A stretch of 64,000 nt of DNA from Octopus vulgaris (taxonomy: Eukaryota), in assembly GCA_951406725.2 (NCBI GenBank), contig OX597819.1, positions 96,658,001 through 96,722,000 of the forward strand, read 5' to 3'. The notes under the pieces are model-generated. The model was not told the origin of the DNA, made no database searches, and saw only the letters and a list, made by a program, of their open reading frames with translations. Below are positions 52,446 through 64,000 of the stretch, piece after piece. Both the position numbers and the translations under genes were made by a program. The first letter of the stretch is position 1. The number at the start of each line of letters is the position of its first letter.

Positions 52446-53557
52446 AAAATTATTGCAGAAACTATGATAGAATGGTCAAAAATCCATTATCAAAGAATTT
52501 TACTTTCAAAACTATTTTCGAATGCTCTTATTTCACATTATTGTCATATTTTCTGCTGTAGTTGTGTATTTTATAGTGTTGTTGTTGTTGTCGTCGTCGT
52601 CGTCGGTGGCGGTGGTGGCGGTGGCGTCGGCAGCCTCATCATCGTTGTTGTTGTTTGTTAATCTTTAAGAAAATACTGCAAATTGTGTTTCTGTTTAAGT
52701 AAAGTCAAAAAATAATAGAAGTGTCGTCGTAATTCTTGTTGCGAGAGAAGAATGGAGACAGAAGCAAGATGAAAGATAGGCGAGATGGAATCAAAATATC
52801 AGTAAGAATATGGAGCAATTATCTAAATGGGAAGATAAGTGCCAGGTGTAAATGGAAATATTAAAGGCTGTAGCGCCATTAGCACAGACACTGGGAAGTA
52901 ATACAATAACAGTAATAATACAACAGCGTCACTCCACTGTCATGTGATGATAAAGAGGAGACGAAAGGGAGCAGAGGCTGCAGACTACTGGAGACAACAG
53001 GGGAAAAGAAAGGAAAGGGAAAAAAGGGCCCGTAAATAAAATAAATACACCTCAAGAGACGGCAAACATGAATGGGAGATGGCAAATATGAATGGGAGCT
53101 CATTTCTCCCAACATCGTATTGAAATCCAGGTTTTCACACAACGGATGGAAGACATGAAGACTACATGATCATCTCAACGCAAATTTAGAGCAGGCTAGT
53201 AGGGAGACAGCTCTGATTTCATGGAAGACAAGATTTTACAAAAATCAACACCAGGGCCATTTTTTCTGCTCATTGCCATTTATGTAACGAGTAAATATGC
53301 ACCTAGGTGGACTACGAGGCTGTAGAAGATGGTAAAAAAGAAAATTCTAACCTGACCAGACCAAGGTGGAGGTATTTTTTCACGTGAATTTGGGTAGGGT
53401 ACTCAATTTGTGCTTCAACAACAACACCATCAAATACACAACTACAGCAGAAAATATGACAATAATGTGAAATAAGAGCATTCGAAAATAGTTTTGAAAG
53501 TAAAATTCTTTGATAATGAATTTTTGACCATTCTATCATAGTTTCTGCAATAATTTT
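52446..53557. repeat. 142-bp near-identical inverted duplication (52446-52587 and 53416-53557)
   Basis: The arms differ at about 3 positions by eye. The ORF track shows the same peptide on opposite strands. Confidence 0.95.
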
Positions 53558-53725
53558 ACGTTCTGGCACTTGACGTTTTGAGTTCAAATAGCATCGAGGT
53601 CGACTTTGCCTTTCATCTTTTTGGGGTGACTAAAATAAGGACTAGCTGCACACCGGAATACATGTAATCAACAAACACCTCCCCCTAAAATTACTGGCTT
53701 TCTGCCAAATTTAGAAAGAATTATT
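53558..53725 (+). mobile_element. SINE family A, 5'-truncated, abutting the duplicated arm
   Basis: gagttcaaatagcatcgaggtcgactttgcctttcatc..aaatttagaaagaatt. Confidence 0.85.
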
Positions 53726-53928
53726 TTAAATATAAGTGATTTTATTATTATAGTCTTATTATATATATATTACATTTATTCTGTTTTAACTACATTATTA
53801 ATATGTATATTGTATAATATTTCTTTTTACTTTCTTCCCGTTTATTTACACGACTGTGTCTGGTCAAATATTGTACATTTCTTTCGAAGACTACATGAAC
53901 ATCGTGTATGTATGTATACTTATACATA

Positions 53929-53988
<60 letters not shown>

Positions 53989-54159
53989 TGTGTGTGTTCT
54001 CATGTATGTACGTACGTATGTATGTATATATATTTGTATGTATATACATATGGATGGATGGATGGATGGATGGATGGATGGATGGATGGATGGGAGATGG
54101 CTGCGCTCTTGTGCTAATAAAGTATTTTCATTGTTAGTTTTATTATCACTAACATGGCT

Positions 54160-54375
54160 AAAGCGTCAAGCTGGCAGAATCGTTAGCTCGTCATAAAAAT
54201 GATTAAAGGCATTTCATCCGGTTCTTTACGTTCTCAGTTCGAATTCCAACAAAGTCGATTTCATCTTTCGGGTTATATAATAAAACTACCAGTCAGTTAC
54301 TGGATTAAATGCAACCAATTTGCCCTTCCCTTCAAATTTGTTGGTCTTGTACCAATATTTAGAAAGAATTATCAT
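54160..54375 (+). mobile_element. SINE family A, diverged
   Basis: aagctggcagaatcgttagc..ttctcagttcgaattcc..ttgtaccaatatttagaaagaatt. Confidence 0.85.
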
Positions 54376-54409
54376 TAATATTGTTTTTCCAATGTCTTTT
54401 TTTGGCGGA

Positions 54410-54485
<76 letters not shown>

Positions 54486-54630
54486 GTATGTATGTATGTA
54501 TGTGCGTACGTATATGTGTGTGTGGGGGGTATAATTGAGATTCATTTGAATTAGGTACTTAAACTGAGGCACCAAGGCAGTTCGGTAAAGTCCGCGCAGC
54601 ACGAAGTTAGGTGAATGAAAAGCAAATAAG

Positions 54631-55248
54631 TAACAAGGATGTTTAGGTATCAGTGCATTACGGCCGTTTCAAGCGGCTCCATTTAATCGATCAATGAAAA
54701 CATTACATCAATTTGAAATAAATTGCTCTCATCGGAAGCATCCAACTATATTGATTTCCAACATAAAGAATAAACCATTTGTTTGGCGCAGCTTACATCG
54801 GTACTAGCAACCAAAATAAGACATTTAATTAATTTATCACCACAAGCAGGAACTTAACTGTCAACTCCCAATGGGCTTAATTCTTAAGAGTTGGAGACAA
54901 TATGTCGCTTAGTAATGTAATAATGAAAAAGGTAAATTTAAGAATCTCTCTTTTCCTCGTTCTTGAATTCACCTACTTCACTATGCTACTCTGAATCATA
55001 ATAGGCTGTAGGTATGCAGTATTTATTAAATCCATTTTGCTACAGAAAAAAACAGTGCAATTATTTTGATTGCTAGTACCAATGTAAGTTGTGCAAAAAA
55101 AATGGCTTATTCTTTATGCTGGAAATCTATATGGTTGGTTGCGTCTGAGGAGAGCGGTTTATTTCAAATTGATGCAATGTTTTCATTGATCGATTAAATG
55201 GAGCCGCTTGAAACGGCCGTAAACACTGATACCAGGACATCCTTGTTA
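54631..55248. mobile_element. MITE with ~190-bp terminal inverted repeats
   Basis: Arms 54631-54819 and 55061-55248, including a perfect ttacggccgtttcaagcggctccatttaatcgatcaatgaaaacatt block. Ends are ta|acaaggatg..catccttgt|ta. Confidence 0.92.
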
Positions 55249-56469
55249 AGTTGTAGAGATGCTTGGTGATTGTATGGGGTTGTTACTTTCGGTTAGGGCA
55301 TTAAAGATTCCCGAGACGTTAAAACTGTTGATTGTTTCTTCTAATTAGGGAAAATTGATTGATAGTGAATCTTAACACTGTGAACTTTTTCAAAATTGTC
55401 ATGAGGCCAATAAAATGAAGGAAATATATACAACTTCCAGTGGAATCGGACATCATAATTAACCTTAAACTTTTTTCACTCAAACACTTTCACATTAGGA
55501 TAAGCACGATGTACTCTTCAATAGTACACACCTCATGCTGACACCTATACGTCAGATTGAACGCTGTTTTATCTCCAAAGTGAATATTGCAAGTAATATT
55601 TAAGTAATAAACAGTTCTTTGGCTTTCGCATTTGACAGCTGTTGCTTTACGTATATTATTTCAATTTCCACTGGCGTAGTGGTAAGAACTACGGGATAAG
55701 TAACATTAGTTTCGAATAAAAATATAAATGGAAGTTTTAATCACCTGATGGACAGGCAAAGAGAAACTGCAACTCAATAAAGGCGCAAAAATGCTTAGGA
55801 AAGTCTCTCTTCTCTCAAAAACTGACACAAAACGAGTTGTACAATGTGCAATAAAATAATATAAGGCATGTTCTTTGCAAACCAATTTTATTTCAAAAAT
55901 TGAACAATACCGCTTATTTTTTAAGTTGGATGAGAAAAGTTTAAGGTTTTAGATGTAACCTCACCCAAATTTTTCACGTTCTATAAGCAATCAATTAGTC
56001 TTTTCTACTTTCAATTGAATTTTGTTGAGAATATCCTCAGAAAATTGAGTAATCACCAGTTATTTATTTGCTGTATTTTCACTTTTTTGCTCACTTAAAG
56101 TAACTGCCTTGTCCTAGTAGTTTTTCATGTCAGCACGAAAAATAGCCGTAAGAACACATTTGACCGCGAATGCATGTGGTTGATTACAGTTAATCAAAGT
56201 TAGAGTGATAGCGAATTTTTTCTAGCCGCTTACAAACGTATGAAAACGCAGAAATGAATACAGTTGTTAGTGGTCTAATATTTAAATCAAACTGCGATTG
56301 TATTTACAAATAGCAAGTTTTATTTACATATATCAGTCATTTAAATGTGAAAACGTAGAAATGAATTGTTTAGAACGTCGGTTACTGAACAGGATGCAGG
56401 AAGAAACAGGACAAAACGATTACAAAAATAGCGATTCTTACATTGAAACTAACAATTCTGAAAATCTTT

Positions 56470-56585
56470 AGAATGCCCCGCTCTCTCATGTATCCATGTT
56501 TAAAATTTCAGTGCGATCGGATGAACAATACGCGAGTTATATGCGCACAACAAACAGGCCGACAGAACGGGATTTTTATATGAGA
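56470..56585 (-). mobile_element. Non-autonomous Helitron 5'-end-like segment
   Basis: aaatttcagtgcgatcggatgaac..gcgagttat..acaaacaggccgacagaacgggatttttatatgaga|t. The minus strand starts a|TC followed by tataaaaa, as in Lep1-like Helitrons. Confidence 0.5.
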
Positions 56586-57153
<568 letters not shown>

Positions 57154-57803
57154 GCATATACATGTACACTAACATTTATTGTCATCTCAGAATCCATAAG
57201 TCAGAAAGAAAAGGCACTCGTATATTTATCAATCGAGTGGGTAAATTAATGAAAGGATACAATATTATAAAATCCATTGCAGCTGATATTACCAATCGGT
57301 TTCGCACTGGATATTAGATAACCTGACAGTTATATAATACATACGATCTATGCGCATATATATTATTTGGTTTGGTGTACAGAAAAACAGTGAAACAGTA
57401 ATTGAGAGATCAAAGAATATTTTTCAGCAGAGTTTCGTGCTTATTTTATTTTTACATGGAAACGGTTAACAGTTATTTCGAACTTTCGACTCGTCAGACC
57501 AAGGTAAACCACGAAGTTATTAACGGTTAAATTTTCCCTTTTAAAAGTTGTGTGTGTAAAGAGAGAGAGAGAGAAATAATTCGATATATACGCTCATATA
57601 TTTACACACAAATACATGTATATATGCATATTATACATATATTTTTATGAGTATATATATATGTGTGTATGTGTGTCCGTCTCTCTCTCTCTCACTCTCT
57701 CTCTCTCTCTACACACACACACATACATATATATGTGTGTATTTATGTATGTATGTATCATGAATGAATGTGCAAGTTGATAGACAGACAGACATACAGA
57801 CAC

Positions 57804-57849
<46 letters not shown>

Positions 57850-58740
57850 GTGTGTACAGTATGAAAGACAGGGGTCGGACGGAGATTATGATACTAATAC
57901 TAGAGAAAGGAATAAAGGTGTAGCTGAGATATATACATAGAATCTATGAGAACAGTTATTTATTTTATGGCTCCAGCATTTTTTATGTATTTCCGGTAAA
58001 TATGTATCGATATCTCCGGCTAAAATATATTATTCAACAGACCCATGGGTTGGTTTCACAAAATAAATGGTATTCTTTTATGGTGTTAGTTTTGTTGAAG
58101 CAAGTTTGCATCGATTTCTTCCAAGTGACAATAAACGGTGGGAAATAGCTTGAGAAATTCCATCAGCATTCATTAAAGACTTAAGTGAAATAACATTATT
58201 TTCAACAAAAGCGATAAAAAATATGAATGTTCCCATTGACATTGAATGTTTCTCCAGTGTTGGTCACGTCAAGAAAGACTGGAGCAGAACCTCTTGCATA
58301 GATTTATCTCAACAATACACAATAATGAAGTTTTCGCTGTTTTGATGGTTGGTTTTTCAGTTTACTTATTAAGATAGCTACGTGAGAATAAATGAATGTG
58401 TAGATCGAGGTAAAAGAAGAATATAGTGAAATACGCGTTAAAGAAGAATACCATAGCCACAGCAGTGATTATGGCAGCTGAAATATATAAAAAAAAAAAA
58501 CTATAAAAATCACATGTTTACGACATCTTTTCGACAACCATCTTTTCAATGAAATCCACAATTGGTGGCAATAAGTAAAAATATTCTAAGGTATTTAGAA
58601 AAAATTATAGTTTGTCGAAAAAGAAAAAAAGGAAAGAAAACGAGATAACTCTTCGTAAATGTGTTTCTTTAAACGCAGACGAGTAAAAAAACAAAATGGT
58701 GCGCTGCCATGTTGAAGGCCGCAACGTTTTGACTTCATAG

Positions 58741-58741
<1 letters not shown>

Positions 58742-58781
<40 letters not shown>

Positions 58782-58804
58782 CATCATCATCATCATCATC
58801 GTCA

Positions 58805-58854
<50 letters not shown>

Positions 58855-58882
58855 GTTATTATTATTGTAATTATTATTATTG

Positions 58883-58935
<53 letters not shown>

Positions 58936-58955
58936 TTATTATCATCATTATTATT
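58742..58955. repeat. (TTA)n/(TCA)n compound microsatellite
   Basis: Directly visible. Confidence 0.97.
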
Positions 58956-59104
58956 TTTATATGTCAGCGGTAGAGATATTTTGACTGCAGCTGACATTTC
59001 AAGTATTTTACAATGTTAGGTCAAGGTATTCCATATTGACATTGATATATTATTTCTGCCTTTTCACTCTCTTTCTTTTTCCCTTCCCCTTTCTCTATCT
59101 CTCT

Positions 59105-59153
<49 letters not shown>

Positions 59154-59899
59154 GCTCTCTCTCAGTTTTGTTTCATTTATTTACTTCCTTCTATAAAAAT
59201 AAGCGTAAAACTTGTTAGTGTTACAAATTTTACCACGGTGACTCACAAATTGACACACACATGTACACACGCGCGCTCGCAAATATACACGTGTGTATAT
59301 GAGTGAGTGTGTGTGCATAAACGCATAAATAGATATATAGATATGCACATACATACATACATATCTGTGTGCGCGCGCGTGCGGTCATGTGAATATGGCA
59401 AAGAACTGAAAAAATATATAACTTATTACAAAGCCCTCACTGTGGGTAGAATAATAATGTAAACACTTTCTTTGTTAGTGACGTGAGAGAAACGGGTGAG
59501 AGAGTTCCTTGCTGGCAGTTTCATAGTTTGTTGACATAGACTCCTCAAATAAGACGTGTCTGGTTAACTTCACCAATCAGTAACACAGCATATTCAGCCA
59601 GTATGTAAAGCAGTCGCAGATTAAGCTAGCATCGTAAAAGATATCCTAACCTGCATATTAGTGATTTTGAAGGCTCATTATTTATTAAGCAATATCTCTT
59701 TTTTGCATATAGGACCCTCGCCCTGCACCCATTCTATCCCTGTCAAACCTCCCCTCGTATCATCTTCGTAACACCTATCCCTCCGTCCCTCTTCTAACTA
59801 CGGCACTATTCAGCAGCTGTAGTCATGTGAGAGCAATGCTATACATACCTCATCCCATTTTGTAATTTTGTGACTCTATTCCCTTGACCCGCTTATTTT

Positions 59900-60230
59900 T
59901 AACGTCATAACTCATTTTCAGTATCATCTTCTCACTATGTTCTCCTCTGATCATCCCTATCTGTGCCAACATTTATAACTCAACCAAAACAGTTTCTTGA
60001 ATATTACATAATTCTGCCGTTATTGGAGTGGGGTCAATGGTCAGAACCTTCAAGAAATTGGGAGAGTAATACTACTATCTGAAAAGCAACAGAACAAGTA
60101 AAGACCTTAGCCTCTGCAGTTCTTCAGACATCATTATGGACATTTTATCTATCATCACCTTGAAATATAGATGGAAGGTTACTGAAGACTTTTCTGCCAC
60201 TCCATTTCATTCAATAATATGTTGAGTCAA
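59900..60230 (+). mobile_element. Possible Penelope-like RT remnant
   Basis: caaaacagtttc..ttctgccgttattggagtggggtcaatgg resembles N.F.F....Y.Q..G.AMG, followed by a DIF-like motif. Very decayed. Confidence 0.25.
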
Positions 60231-60614
60231 TTGGTTAATTGGGTTAATTATACGTTAATTGTGTTGATCCAGTAACATTGCACTTATAATTAAATGTATT
60301 TATATGTGATTATCAGCATGTGTGCATGCATGTGTGCGTGTGCCATGGTGTGTATGAGTGAGTGCATGCATGTGTGCGTGTGCCATGATGTGTATGAGTG
60401 TTAGAGAGAGAGAAAGGGGAAGAGAGTTTACCGATGAATAAATATGTGTACGTATGTTTATCTGTATGTATATATGCATGTATGTTCGCATCTATCTATA
60501 TGTATGTTTGTTTGTCTGTCAGTCTGCCTGCCTGCCTGCCTGTCTATCTAATCTAGCTAGCTAACTAACTATCTATCTATCTGTATGGCCGCAGTCAATG
60601 ACTGAAATAAGAGA

Positions 60615-60697
<83 letters not shown>

Positions 60698-60764
60698 CAT
60701 ATATTCATATATACATATACGTAATAACAGTAGAACGGAGAAAGGAAACAGCATATTGTGCGTG

Positions 60765-60859
<95 letters not shown>

Positions 60860-60861
60860 TA

Positions 60862-61033
60862 TGAGGTCTTATCAATAAGTATCCGGACTGTTATTATAGT
60901 AACGAAGCTAAAGAACGTAGAGTGAAGCCGCTTGGCAAAGATTGATCTTGAACTCTGCTGTGGTCAATCTGTATCAAGCGGCTTTAACTTCGTTACTATA
61001 ACAACAATCCCGATACTTATTGATCAGACTATG
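60862..61033. mobile_element. Mariner-derived palindromic MITE
   Basis: ta|tgaggtcttatcaataagtatccggactgttattatagtaacgaag..aagccgcttggcaaagattga pairs with tcaatctgtatcaagcggctt..cttcgttactataacaacaatcccgatacttattgatcagac. Confidence 0.85.
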
Positions 61034-61254
61034 TCCATCCCTTTTGTCTCTCCCGATATTTTTCGAATACTATCATGATCGAATAAGGATCTTCCCGATT
61101 CCACTTCTCTAACACAACTTATTACCATGCGCGCGCACGCACGCACACACACACACACGCACACACACACACACACACACATACACACACACACACACAT
61201 ACACACACACACACACACATACACACACACACACACATCTGCCAACAAAGAAAC

Positions 61255-61665
61255 CAGGAAAGCTCAAAGTGGGTGCTTGACCTACAAGAAATAGAAGACA
61301 AGTCACTACCAAATCATTCTCTGTCATCTTAACAAAAAGGAAGATGCCGTTGATATTCTTTTGCTTCTTATGTCTTCAAAAAAGACAGGATGTTCGAACG
61401 TATTCCGGCCTTGGTCATCTATCTTCTTAAGGATATGTACACTACATTATCTAACAAGACCTGTTTTTCCCTGTGGTTGAAGGGAGATTTGACAACTGTT
61501 TCTAGCAGGTTTACTAACTATATAGATTCTTCCCGAGGACAGGATATGGGGACTAATGGCATCCTTGATACATTTTATTATACCTGAATATAATGGAAGG
61601 TCATGGATGGAACACCTATGATCATAGATCTGCTTGGTCAGGTTTGTCCTGAGGATAAACAGCTC
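61255..61665. mobile_element. Patchwork of family E fragments in +/-/+ orientation
   Basis: gacctacaagaaatag.. (+), actacattatctaac..gagatttgacaactgtttctagcagg (-), ggtcatggatggaacacctatgatcatag..ggataaac (+). Confidence 0.55.
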
Positions 61666-62184
61666 CCTCTATTGATGGCTACAGATGATACCGATAACCC
61701 GGTTTCTTTCTCTTTAATAACTGAAATCTAGATTTCTAGAATGTTTCTAGAAATCTGAAAGCATTTCTATATTACCCCCTCCCCACAAACATTACTAATT
61801 CAATAAGAAGTACAACAGATTTAGTATCAACTTGGTTGAACGTATTAACATATTAGGATTTAACTAAACAAGATTATACACAGATATAGAAACATGCAGC
61901 CATATACGCATACAAATATGAATAAAAACACACATGTACAAACACATAAATATAGATAGCAAAATGCATACATACATGCCTACAACTACGCATATACACA
62001 CACACATACATGCATAATTACATACATACACACAAACTTACTATATACATGGATTCAGACACTCCAAAATAGAGACATATATGCATGCACACATACACAC
62101 ATACACACACATACATATATACATACACAAACATATACACATACACAATATTATCAGAAATGGTGAGAAAATGAAGCGAGGATT

Positions 62185-62240
<56 letters not shown>

Positions 62241-63070
62241 GAGAGAGAAGCGTTAGGATAAAAATTTTACACTGTAATATATTTATTTAAATGAGTCAGT
62301 TTTGCCACTTCATTCGAGATTTGATAAAAAAAAAAATACAACAGCAACAACAACAATAACAACAGCATGAAGATATAAGCATTAAAAATAACGGTAAAGA
62401 ACCATAAAACATCGGGATAAAATAATACAAAAGTGAGTGTTAAAAATCACTATGAAACGATAAGGTAAACCGAAACGAAAAATAACAGCACAACTCTTAA
62501 GATGTCTGTTGAGAGGAAGCAAAGATAAAAGAAAGACAAATAATCGTATTAAGTTCCAAAACCGATATTATTTGTGTGTTTGATAGATTCGGCTGAGCCA
62601 AGAATCCGCTGTTATAGGAATTCTCCACAACAATAGACCTGGACAGTAATTGCATGGCCGACTTTCTGGAAGTAAGAATTCAAATCTATTGAAGACGAAT
62701 GGAAATGAACGTTTTAAATGAATAGTCTCATGGAAGTTGGAGAGGAAAATGAAATAAATTCTTTGTTTTCTTTTTTCTCTTTTCTATTTTTATTTTGTCT
62801 TTTTGTTTTGTTTGTTTTTTTTTGTTGTTTTTTTTTTAGTTTGTTTTTCAACATTTTTCTTGGTTTCTTTAATCTTCACCTTCTGAGATTTTACTTTATT
62901 CTATTTTTCTATCTTTAACTTCCTCGACACTGTTTGTTTAACTCCTCCTACCACTCACAAACACACGCGCACACCGCACACGCGCGCGCACACACAACAG
63001 TTATTCATATGCAGGAATACAGATGTGGAGACGTATACACGCACGTAGAACGGTTTATTTACATACATTG

Positions 63071-63114
<44 letters not shown>

Positions 63115-63292
63115 CAATGTATGTATGATATATATATATACATGTATACACACATACATATATATTTATACCTATACTTGTATATGCATATATACATGCA
63201 AACATGCACACCAAACATATATTTATATATATATATATGTATATATGTATGTATACATCCATTAACATACGTATACATATACATGCGTATAC

Positions 63293-63328
<36 letters not shown>

Positions 63329-63872
63329 TTGCCTATACACACTGTTCTAATTTTCAAATGAAATACAGAAATAAAGATTACTCATAAAACATTCGAAAAA
63401 GTAAAAAAAAAAATAAACAAATAAAAGAAAGAGGAATTATCTATTGAAATTGGAAATGGAAGTCGGCTTCAATTGGAAGAATTTAGGAATGGCAAACGAC
63501 ACATTCCAAAAGTTGTTTACTCGGTCGAAACAATGAAAGAAATACGATATTTGCAAAAATATGTAAAACGAAAAAATCTTATAAAATATGTTTCAACATG
63601 AATAATAATTTATGGTTTATTAAATTGTAATTCCATTTAAAGAGATTCAGAATTATCGGTTCTAAAGGAAATCTCGCCTTCCTTTGGGAAAGAAAAATAA
63701 AATTATAATATATTGTAAAGTATTTATATTTTATTGTAATTTATCAATTATTTTATGAATGAAAGTGAGAAACTTCTCTCTGATATTGGAAGAAGCTGGT
63801 TGCATGCTTTCAAGGTTGAAACCTGAAGGTTGGTGTTGAATTAATAAAACTGTTGTTATTTATGTAAGACTA

Positions 63873-64000
63873 GGTGCAGGTGGGGCAGAGTGGTTAAGAA
63901 GCTTGTTTTGCAATCATGTGGTCTCAGGTACAATCCTACTGCACAGTACCTTGGGCAATTGTCTTCTACTGTAACTCCAGGTTGACAAATGCCTTGTGAG
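63873..64000 (+). mobile_element. SINE family B, 5' part (runs off window)
   Basis: gagtggttaagaagcttg..accttgggcaattgtcttctactgtaactccaggttgacaaatgccttgtgag. Confidence 0.85.

Noticed and set aside
53200-53400. RTE endonuclease remnant (YAP motif) inside the inverted duplication loop
   Set aside because: Only one short motif is recognisable, which is too weak to call.
52377-53587. Duplicated gene pair encoding KIIAETMIEWSKIHYQRILLSK..
   Set aside because: The identical peptide results from the 142-bp DNA inverted duplication; there is no other coding evidence.
60321-60400. 40-bp tandem duplication
   Set aside because: An ordinary slippage duplication within TG-rich low-complexity sequence.
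61730-61757. 11-bp-arm palindrome agatttctaga..tctagaaatct (similar hairpin at 45048-45072)
   Set aside because: Short AT-rich hairpins of this size are plausible by chance in such a low-complexity window.

Overview
AT-rich, microsatellite-saturated eukaryotic DNA with no intact protein-coding gene that I can recognise. The SINE families and dense (CA)n/(TA)n/(TAGA)n/(AAT)n tracts strongly suggest an octopus (coleoid cephalopod) intron or intergenic region; this is inferred from repeat content, not from a database search. Nearly all supplied ORFs are microsatellite translations. Real signal falls into four groups. (1) Decayed retroelement and transposase fossils: hAT, mariner, Jockey/CR1-like, RTE, R4/Dong and probable Penelope-like. 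(2) At least five SINE-like families, one carrying an internal microsatellite and one forming dimers with swapped tails. (3) Many long inverted repeats: several MITEs, an interleaved A-B-A'-B' repeat, a near-identical 142-bp inverted duplication and a head-to-head SINE pair. (4) Smaller signals: a 4x14-bp higher-order minisatellite, two minus-strand Helitron termini 11 kb apart, hammerhead-like motifs and weak exon/promoter candidates. No convincing novel multi-gene system is visible. Coordinates were counted by hand; repeat boundaries are approximate.
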